64,000 nucleotides of DNA from Candidatus Latescibacterota bacterium. GTDB taxonomy: Bacteria; Latescibacterota; UBA2968; GCA-2709665. Shown here in pieces: positions 40,001-48,200 of the stretch. The stretch is taken from NCBI GenBank assembly GCA_965208835.1, contig OZ242358.1, positions 4,064,001 through 4,128,000 of the forward strand, read 5' to 3'. Numbering within the stretch: the stretch's first letter is position 1; every line of letters starts with the position of its first letter. The notes under the pieces were generated by a model, which was not told the origin of the DNA, did not search any database, and was given only the letters and a program-made list of their open reading frames with translations. Made by a program: the position numbers and the translations under genes.

Positions 40001-40386
40001 GCACGCGCCAGAAACCCGGAAGCCGCCAGTGTGACGGGGCTTGACGCCGCCAGGTGGGTGCCGATGGAGCCCTCCGGAAGCGACAGTGGGAACGCGCTGT
40101 TTTCTGCCTCTTCATACGACAGCAACGAAGCGTCGAAGTCGAATTTCAGGATCATTCCGGCCAGGGACGTCCGCACGCCGGTCGCGAATACCTCAACGGC
40201 GATGGTTGTGCCCCGACCGGAAACTGTTCCCGACGTGACCCCGTCATCCGTCCGGTTTCCGGCGCCTACACCAGGAATCAGATCAAGCGACAGGACGGCA
40301 TTGGCATTGGCGCCGGCGAAAGCCTGTCCGGAAACGACGACGACCGCGAGGGCGGCAATCAACAACAGAATCCGTTTGGGAAGCAT
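37054..40386 (-). CDS. Putative adaptor scaffoldin: cohesin-like + dockerin (class B) + 2x (CARDB + YWTD propeller) + unknown C-terminal domain
   Basis: N-terminal domain closely paralogous to the repeats in 15891-19052; DFDGDDFVGFSDF...DLNSDGSVDFTDF; Gly/Pro linkers; two sets of six YWTD-type repeats. Confidence 0.78.
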   Translation of the reverse strand: MLPKRILLLIAALAVVVVSGQAFAGANANAVLSLDLIPGVGAGNRTDDGVTSGTVSGRGTTIAVEVFATGVRTSLAGMILKFDFDASLLSYEEAENSAFPLSLPEGSIGTHLAASSPVTLAASGFLARAEFTTVADVTGREFAIGIESVTLAESPTSSDELRTSSEVTFNSAPSPDFDGDDFVGFSDFLIFAGAFGSRQGDGRYNAAQDLNSDGSVDFTDFLIFAQGFGGPPPSPGGGGGGSGNPDLVVQSPSLSSSRVSHGATFTLGATVRNQGNGTSAATTLRYYRSTDATVNTSDTQAGTDAVSGLSAGGVSAESINLTAPSSSGTYYYGACVDAVSGESNTGNNCSPAVALTVAAAPPPPTPGASKLYWTDWGTDKIQRANLDGSGVEDLVSGGGLDGPDGLALDMAGGKMYWTDAGANKIQRADLNGGNVEDLVTGLGIPYGLALDVSGGKMYWTNRQTNKIQRADLNGANAEDLITSGLTFPGGLALDVSGGKMYWTNPGANRIQRSNLDGSGVEDLVTRGVDSPTGIALDVSGGKMYWTDRRSDKIQRSDLSGANVEDLVTSGLDRPNGLALDVSGGKMYWADTGTNKVQRANLDGSNVEDLVTGANGLVDPSGLALATASGGGGGGSGGGGGGGADLVVVSPFVSNSSPAAGDTFRLGASVRNQGDQMSAATTLRYYMSVDASISTSDTEVGTDAVNGLAASGGNPGSIDLALAIDLTAPSNSGTYYYGACVDAVSGESDTGNNCSAAVSITVAATTPPATGTSKLYWSDWGTDKIQRADLDGSNVEDLVSSAGLNGPDGLAVDISGGKIYWTDAGTAKIQRADLDGSNVENVITSGLSVPYGLALDVSGGKIYWTDRQNGKIQRADPDGSNVEDLLTLAGLAFPGEIALDVANGKMYWTNPGSDKIQRADLNGSNLEDLVTSGLSSPTGIALDLSGGKMYWTDRGNRKIQRSNLDGSGVEDLVATGLTTPNGLDLDVSGGKMYWTDVDADRVQRADLDGSNVEDLLTSANGLVDPSGLAVGAAGGNGGGTWGVGDVLPNFPTGFFVPRLIRNASLTISGGRAVLSFQNGGLIELQDGTRYTCVSAGGCSIEGGRVTRGTFE

Positions 40387-40532
40387 CGGGGAACACTCCT
40401 TTGTTTCGACGTCGATTTCATTCCGGCAACTCGACCGGGGTTGAGATTCGAATCTTGGCTCGCGACGTCGCGATTGAATCTCCTGCGCGTACGATGTCGA
40501 CTGGATTCAGAATCGTGGAATTGTAGTCAGGC

Positions 40533-41342
40533 TTACTTCAACAACAGCATCCTCCTGGTTGCTGAGAAACTGCCCGCTTGTATCCGATACAGATAGATGC
40601 CGCTGGCCACGCGCCGGCCCAGCGCGTCCGTCCCGTCCCACGTCGCAGTAAAAGACCCGGCGTTTCTGCGTTCGTTCACCAGGACGCGCACCTCCTGGCC
40701 GATCAGATTGTATATCGCCAGCCGAACCATTGCCGCCTCCGGCAACTGGTAGCCGATCGCGGTGGAGGGGTTGAATGGGTTGGGCATATTCTGCTCCAGA
40801 TTGAACCGATCCGGCAGCGGCTTCAGATCGCCGATTTCGGCGTGATGCAGCATGTCGACGGCGCCATCCATGCCCACCAGAACGCTTTCCGATACCTGAA
40901 AGTCGGACGACAACGGCGTTGCGCTCGTCCTGAACACAAGCTCGACGAGCTTCCCGCCGCCACTGGCGCCTCGGCCGTCGATCTTCACCGCGCCAATATC
41001 CACCTGCCCCGGCGTCCGGTTCGAAGACAAGAACAGGGTCTCCTGACCGGAACCGGATTTCAGCAGGTTGCCGTCGAGTTCCGTGGCACTAACGAACTCA
41101 TACTTCAAGGGATCGTATTGCAGCGAAAACCCGTATCCCTTCAGATCACTGGTCTGCGCCACCGACACGAGCATTTTCAGAACGCCGCTTTCCGCGTCCG
41201 GGTCGTTCACGCGCTCCAACTTGAGCGTAGCGCCGGAGTTCCGACCTCCGGTAATGGTCAGCCCGCGGGTCATGTCACCGGCGAATACCTGGCCGATCAA
41301 CACAAACGCCGCGCAAACGGATGTAGAAACGAGATTCCACAT
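40533..41342 (-). CDS. Cohesin-like domain + FlgD-Ig / T9SS type A-like C-terminal sorting domain (putative anchoring scaffoldin)
   Basis: DLKGYGFSLQYDPLKYEFV...SGGGKLVELVF cohesin-like pattern; LEQNMPNPFNPSTAIGYQLP...IYNLIGQEVRVL...WDGTD..GRRVASGIYLYRI...MLLLK CTD; GGAGG RBS; first gene of the array. Confidence 0.8.
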   Translation of the reverse strand: MWNLVSTSVCAAFVLIGQVFAGDMTRGLTITGGRNSGATLKLERVNDPDAESGVLKMLVSVAQTSDLKGYGFSLQYDPLKYEFVSATELDGNLLKSGSGQETLFLSSNRTPGQVDIGAVKIDGRGASGGGKLVELVFRTSATPLSSDFQVSESVLVGMDGAVDMLHHAEIGDLKPLPDRFNLEQNMPNPFNPSTAIGYQLPEAAMVRLAIYNLIGQEVRVLVNERRNAGSFTATWDGTDALGRRVASGIYLYRIQAGSFSATRRMLLLK

Positions 41343-42607
41343 AACTGCCTCCTCTTTGCCGTCACCCGATCGGTGACGAGGTGAATAATGCCGTCAGCAC
41401 TGGGGCGTGCACCGGCACACACATCGCTCCTTGTCGACCAACGAATACCGACGCTGATGTGGCGACAATCCCAACAGCGGAAATTGTCAGTCGTTTTATC
41501 GAATGCACTGTCACTTCACAACAGTAGCAATTCTGTTCGGAAACTGGAACGGACAAATCGCACGGTTGAACGGAACGTTCGAAATTAGCCGGTACGTGAC
41601 CTCGGCCAGCGGCCGTGACATGACGCCTCGCAGCCTTGAGAGAAAGACAGCGGTACACCTCGCGAATGCGTTCAGTTGCACACAAATCCGCTGTCGGAGG
41701 GATTTCGCCGATGAGAGAAGGAAGGCACGATATGGAGCCGTGGAAGGGCTGGCCGGGCATTTAGCCGCACCGGCAGAAAGAAAGAGGAAGGAAGGTAGGA
41801 TCGAAAGTTCTATCGTGAGACGCTTTGCCCGATTCTTGTCGGCCGCGTGTCGCGCCCATTGAAACGTTGAGGGCTCCGGGGCAATGGCCGCCATCGCGGC
41901 CAGCCTCGTCACCGCCAGCTTGAGTACCATGTCCACTCCCTCCCTTTAGCCTTCGGCAACTCAGTTCATTGCCACGGACATTTGCAAGTCGCGGTTTCTG
42001 TATGCCCTGGCATTCCAAAACTGTTAACGGGTTGGAAAGGATTCACCAAATCCGTCTTCAATTTCCGGTTCAGGCGACGTTTCATGATGATGGCGGCAGA
42101 AGCCGACTGAGAACTTTCAGTCAAGAAACAAAGTGGTATAGACCTGGTACACTGACTCCTTTCATTCGAATTTTCCCGGCGGAATAGAGACGCGATAGAC
42201 TTGACCTGTACCGCGCGACGGGAAAATCGCGTTAGGTTGTTGCGATAATAGACCCAGAATGGAGAACCGTGCCGGACGGCCGCGTCGCCGGATCGCAAAT
42301 ACCGATCTCCCGTTTCGAGTCATCTCAAGTCAAGGGTGAAAACAGCCAACTGTTAAAATTAGGAAGTCGCGCTCACGTGGCATCTGCCCGGGATTCCGAA
42401 ATTCGCGCGCCAGCCCATTCGGCACTATTACCTGAATCATCCTGGCTATATCGCACATAATATAACACTTTATTACGTGACATGTTCGTGATATTTGCCT
42501 TTAATAAGTGATTCCTTTGTTATATATTGCCCGAGATGACGTAGCAGAGGTAATTCACAAAAACGGATAATACCTGCGAATAAAAAATCCGAGATCCAAC
42601 TTTGAAG

Positions 42608-43333
42608 TCAAGACCTAAGGTTTGTCCGGACGTCCTGGACTTGTCCCAGTTTCCAATTTCTACGGTATTTCGTCGGGCTGTTTCCATATTTCTCTTTAAA
42701 TACCTTGCTGAACGTCGACAATGATCCGAAGCCGCACAGATAAGCGATTTCGGAAATCGAAGCCGTAGTGTTTTTTAGTGCTACTTCGGCTTTCGCCAGG
42801 CGAACGTTCCGCAGACTCCTCGTGAATGATTCTCCAAGGTGCATTCTGAACAAGGCGTATCCATAGGACTTGGAGAACCTGAAATAACGCACGACGTCTT
42901 CGAATTTCAGGTTGGGATTGCTGTGGTTGTCTTCGAGAAACGACTCCAACCGGCTCTTCCACAAGTCCTGCAGAGGCATATATTTCCTGATGTTTGCCAG
43001 GAATATATCTCTGTCAATCGGCTTGTCAAATACGCTCATGGTGAAAGGCCTGTGCACCTTCTCTCCCGGTTCAAGGGTTCCCAGGCTTGTAACCAGCAGC
43101 ACTGACGTCTGAATCTCTTCTGCCTTCACGCCCTCCAGAAGCGTGATCCCCTCCTGATCCTCTACACATACCTCGACCACGGCCAGGTCGATCTTTTCTC
43201 TTCTCAGTATTTCAAGGCCCTTCGGTCCATTTTCCGCGGTGACGATTTCATAAGGTTCGTCTTTCAGGAATCCTGCAAGTTCCGACGTTACTTCCGGGTC
43301 TCGGTCCACGATCAAGATTTTCCGCTTATCCAT
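42608..43333 (-). CDS. Atypical response regulator (REC + AraC HTH)
   Basis: REC fold KILIVD...DLAVVE...LVT...FDKP; AraC C-terminus ISEIAYLCGFGSLSTFSKVFKEKYGNSPTKYR. Confidence 0.9.
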   Translation of the reverse strand: MDKRKILIVDRDPEVTSELAGFLKDEPYEIVTAENGPKGLEILRREKIDLAVVEVCVEDQEGITLLEGVKAEEIQTSVLLVTSLGTLEPGEKVHRPFTMSVFDKPIDRDIFLANIRKYMPLQDLWKSRLESFLEDNHSNPNLKFEDVVRYFRFSKSYGYALFRMHLGESFTRSLRNVRLAKAEVALKNTTASISEIAYLCGFGSLSTFSKVFKEKYGNSPTKYRRNWKLGQVQDVRTNLRS

Positions 43334-43509
43334 TGCGTTAGATCCCCCTCAACAATCAGAGTTGCCCGTATTCACGGCACACAGACATACGACGCACAAG
43401 CCTGGGGGAATCTCCGACATACGGCTTACCGGAGCAGGTCATTGCGGTGCACACTAAGAATATCTGCGACGGAAATACGATGTCAAGAACGCAAGTTTGT
43501 TCTGGAGTA

Positions 43510-44208
43510 CTAAATTTGTCCCAGTTTCCAATTTCTGCGATATGTGGTCGGGTTTCTCCCGACTTTCGCCTTGAATACTTTGCTGAACGTCGATAGAGAC
43601 GCAAAGCCGCACAGATAGGCAATTTCCGAAACCGAAGCTGAAGTATTCTTCAGCGCGTCTTCAGCCTTTGCCAGTCGGACTCTCCGAAGTCGGACACTGA
43701 ATGATTCACCCAGATGTTGCTTGAACATTCGATAACCGTACGTCCGGGAGAATCTGAAATGACGTTCCACGTCCTCGAATTTCAACTCCGGATTGCTGTA
43801 GTTGTGTTCCAGAAACGAATCCACACGGTGCTCCCACGTGTCCTGCATTGGCAGGCATTTCCTTATACCCGCCAGGAACGAGTCTCTCTCTATTGGCTTG
43901 TCAAATACACTCACGGCATAGGCCCCGTTCGATCTCCTCGTCGAATCCAACTTTCCAATCCTCGTCACGAGCAACATCACCGTTCCAATCTCCTCTGCCT
44001 GCACCCCTTTCAGGATTGTTGTGCCGGCCATGTCCCGCGCACACGCCTCGACGACGGCGAGGTCGATCTTTCGGTTTCTGACAATTTCGAGACCTTTCAG
44101 TCCGTTTTCGGCGGTCACGATCTCATAGGGTTCGTCCTTAAGGAAACCCGCGAGTGTCGACGCTTCAGCGGACTCACGACCGACGATCAATATTCTCAGC
44201 TTGTTCAT
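43510..44208 (-). CDS. Atypical response regulator (REC + AraC HTH), tandem paralogue
   Basis: Starts MNKLRILIV at ATG 44208 (GGAG RBS); closely similar to 42608-43333. Confidence 0.88.
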   Translation of the reverse strand: MNKLRILIVGRESAEASTLAGFLKDEPYEIVTAENGLKGLEIVRNRKIDLAVVEACARDMAGTTILKGVQAEEIGTVMLLVTRIGKLDSTRRSNGAYAVSVFDKPIERDSFLAGIRKCLPMQDTWEHRVDSFLEHNYSNPELKFEDVERHFRFSRTYGYRMFKQHLGESFSVRLRRVRLAKAEDALKNTSASVSEIAYLCGFASLSTFSKVFKAKVGRNPTTYRRNWKLGQI

Positions 44209-45028
44209 GGCTTCACTCCATGGTAGGAATACGGGTTGCCTGTAACCACGACGCAAAGACGCGCCTGGCACGCACAATTCGGAGTATCCGGATTGCGGCG
44301 ATCTACAGCCGGCCGTTACATCGCACGCTCTGATCGCACGCGCCGAAAACAGGAATGAAAACAGGTTGGAAAGAAGATGCCTCGGGAGAGGATGTGGCCT
44401 GATCGCCTGCAGAACTACCCGGAGAGGGAGCGAACCGACGGATCTGCGAGTGAAGCGATCGCGAGGAAATGGAAAACACCGGGCCCGGCACACTGGCGGT
44501 GTTGAGCGCGAAGGCGGGAAATTTGGGAGAAAATGCCATAATCAATTGTGCGAACCGTTCAGTGAATTGGGTGATGTCTGGTGTCGTGCCGTTCGCGAGG
44601 ATTCGTCTCGAAAACTCGCAGATTCATCATCCAATTTACATAATTATTTGTTTTTACTTCACTTAAAATCAGTTCGCTTTATCGATCCTGGCGTTTTCCT
44701 CTCGAATGGTCACAAAATGCGCTGGTTAGGATAACTTCCTGAAGGCATCCGGGGCAAGCCGTGCCACTCAACCCCGGACATCCCGATTTCCGTCAACTAT
44801 TGCGCTTCACACGCTCTTGCCCGGCCAGAGGTTCCAAAAAAATTTCGTGCTGGATGATAAGTGTTTAAATAATCGAAACTTATAAAGTTCCAATGTTTGC
44901 GCAACTTTCATTAACTGTCTGAATCGCCGTTGTCGCGACGGATGCATCCTCGATACAATGCGCAAAAAAAAAACCGTAACGGCAGCCAGGATTCGCAGGC
45001 CGCCCCACGGACAAATTCGCACCCTTAA

Positions 45029-45188
45029 CAGCCCTTTGAAAAAGCCCATCCGGGCTACGGCCGGCCCTTACGGTCGGAATACCGCGTTGCGTGCCCTCGC
45101 CGAATCGCTGGATGGGACTCGGTTGCGCGCCTTGTCTTCGACCACAATGCCTCGGCATCTCCTGCAGAGCGACTTTATCAACGGACTG
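45029..45188. mobile_element. MITE family 2, copy 1
   Basis: TIRs CAGCCCTTTGAAAAAG / CTTTATCAACGGACTG; inverted homologous copy at 56698-56843. Confidence 0.75.
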
Positions 45189-45252
45189 TCAACGAGTCTT
45201 TCGATTCTCAGGATCCCGCTGACCGATCGATGACCTTACCTTTCGACACGCC

Positions 45253-48200
45253 TCAACGGTATACGATCAACCGCTCTTTCACGCGGACCCGTTTACGGCC
45301 GTCATCCGCGGTAACGGTGTAGAGGTATACGCCGTTGGCCAGCAGGTGGCCGTCTGCGTCTCGAACGTCCCATCGAACCTGATTGTACCCCGCCCGCCCG
45401 GGTGCGTCTTCCAGAATCCGGATCAGTCTTCCGGAAACTGTAAAGATGCGGATCACGACCTCCGCAGGTCGAGACAGAATGTACGTAAACTCCGTCGCGT
45501 CCGCGGTCGGGTTGGGGACGTTCAGCACCCTCTCTATTGCGAGTTCCGACGATACCTGAAATGCCATGGACTTCTCTGCGGGGCCATTGCCCAGCTGGTC
45601 TGTCCCTGAAACGGAGAGCGTGTAGCGGCCGTCATCCAACCGAGGAGACCAGGTGAATCCCAAAGACGTCCGGTCTTCTTTCCGATCCGACACCCGGTCT
45701 GAGGTCAACACATCGGAGAGTTCATCATCGAGTCCTTTTAGCACAATTCGCACTGACCGGGCGTCTATGCCGCTCGAATCACGGAACACGGCCGAGAACT
45801 TCGGCGTCGACGGCAAATAGTCGTCCACCCTGACCTCGCCCGCCGCGTCCAGCGCGATCAGGTCCAATTCGGGCCCCGTCCGATCGTCGCTGGGATGGAC
45901 TTCAACAGTCTCGTCAGCTGTGGTCTCTCTCACGTAGTAGCTCCGACGGCCGGAGAGATCCTCAAGTCGGGCTGTTACGACGTTCGTTCCGGCAAATCTG
46001 GCGGTATTCCAAACGAGGGATACCGAGGTCGTTTCACCGACAGGCGTTTCTTCGGGAACCGGCGCGCGCCCAATCAATCGTCCGCTTTCAGGTGCACCGC
46101 TGTAAAAGGCCACCACAGCACCCGGAACCAGATTCAGGGGGCCCATGTTCCGGGCCTGAACCGTCAGCCGCACGGGTTCCAGTTCATCAACTTCGAGGGG
46201 CGCTGCATTCAGCCCTGACAAAACAAGATCGGACTGCGGCCGGTATCGAATCTGCCATCCGGTTAATCCGGCGGAGGGTCTCAATTCCTCTCCGAACAGC
46301 CGGACACGGACACGGATACGGTCTACTTTGAGATCGCCCAGGTTTATCCCACCTTCGGCGGCGACGCCGGTCCATTCGGCAAGGGGTGCGAATCCACCCT
46401 TCGGAGACGCGCCGAGTATATCCATTTCCGCTCGCCCGCCCGCCGCCGCCCGAACGTCGAGTGTCAATGCGTGCCAGGCACCGGCCGGACCGATCGGCTC
46501 CGACAACAGAGTCCCGTACGGCGGCAGCGATTTCCCCGCGTAACGGTAAATCGTCGGACCATTCAGCTGGCCCATCCATACCTTGTTGTTGATCCAATCG
46601 TACTGCCCGGTCAGGATATCGGTCTCGGCCTGGTCACTATCGTATTCCTCGACAAATTCCCCGTTCCGTGCGTCAACCACTCGAACCCTGTGGGTCAGCC
46701 CAGTACCGAATTCGACCAGATAGAGGTACTTTCCGTCCGCGATCACGCCGTCTGTAACCAGATACGCAAACCCGGTCTCGGTCGGCGCGACCGTGAATTC
46801 CCGCTCCAGCCGCCAATCGTTCGACGGATCGAACACCCGCACCGACCATCCTGAGCGCTGTACGCCGTCCACCGCTGCCGCCAGGTTGTATATATAGGTG
46901 CCGTCCGAAGTGATCAACGAGTGACCATCGAACACCAACCCGGTTCGGAACTCCATCAACCCGTCCGGCACCTGTACGCGATCCACAACCCCCGTTGACG
47001 GTGAAATCCGCGCCAGTTCGCGTCCCCGCCGATTGTCAGCATAAATAAACCCGTCACCGTGAAATGTTGCCGAAACCCCGAGGACGGGGGTTTCCGCAAG
47101 GACGCCGTAATTCTGTCCGGCGCGCGTGCCCCGGAATCCGGTGCCAATCCGCTCGAATATATCAGTCCCAGGATAGACCGCCGTAGGAGAATAGAACCTG
47201 TTCACGTAAAGGTAGGCGCCGTCCGTACACAACACGCCCGTGCCCCTGACGCCCTCGGCGGCGAACGCCTCTTCCCGGGTGGCCGCGTTCAAACGCAATG
47301 GCGGGGGATCGACTACCCTGGAAACCGCGCTGTCAGCCAGCCGAACGTCGGTTCCTTCGGCCGACCGAAAAGCCCTGACTGCGTCCTGGCGCCACACAAC
47401 CTCCCGCTCGGGCGCGGCGGGCTGTGCGGTGAACTCCATCACGGCGGACCAAGCCCCGAATTCGTCGGCCTCTCGCACCCGAATCCGCCAGAAGTATGTT
47501 CCCGGAGCCAGTTCAGCCGCCTTCCACAACACGAGCCCCTCGCGCCCCGCGACGGGTCCGGAGCGAATCACGCCCGGCCCGTCGAACGACGGCGAGCCAC
47601 TCACCTCGAACTCTCCGTACGTTTCCTGAGCGACTGTACCCACACGCACGGCCAACTGCACTGCAGAAGCTGGTACGACCTGACTCTGCCTTGGCATCGT
47701 GGGCACGGCCGCCAGACCGCCGGCTACGTACAGCTCGACCTCCACGTGGTTATTGGCTTCATCCAGCTCCGGAATCTCATCGTCAGGATCCGCCGTCAGC
47801 GCCAGCAGGTGTCTTCCGGACCGGCCGGCCAACCGCCACATCACCGCTGTGCTGTCGGACTGGCCAAAGGCGGGGAACACGCCCGCAAATAGCGTATCGA
47901 CCACTCCGCGGTCCAGATTGCGGTCCACCAGAAGAACCGCGGGGCCAGTACGTGGCGTGATACCGGCGTTTTCTAACCGGATTGCGATCCGGACCGAGTC
48001 TTCCACAGTCAACTGAGTCATCCTCTCGACTTTCAGGCTACCGGAATCCAGAGCAAAGTCGGGGTTCGGCAAAATGGCAAGCTCCTGTGCGGGGTCCCCA
48101 ATCAACTGTATACCAAGGGTAAGCGTTCTAAGCTCGGGGAAACGCGTGTCCAGCGCCGCTTTTGCCACGGCCAGACCGGCGCCGAATTCGCGGACGCCGT

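Noticed and set aside
10255-40444. Many long plus-strand ORFs (e.g. 10255-11385, 17767-18993, 22776-23669, 34662-35660, 38983-40044)
   Set aside because: Antisense frames of repetitive high-GC genes; their repeats simply mirror the real minus-strand proteins.
41362-42460. Short ORFs in the long intergenic region
   Set aside because: Overlapping in several frames with no recognisable motifs; only 41511-41930 has an RBS, and it is kept as a doubtful note within a finding.
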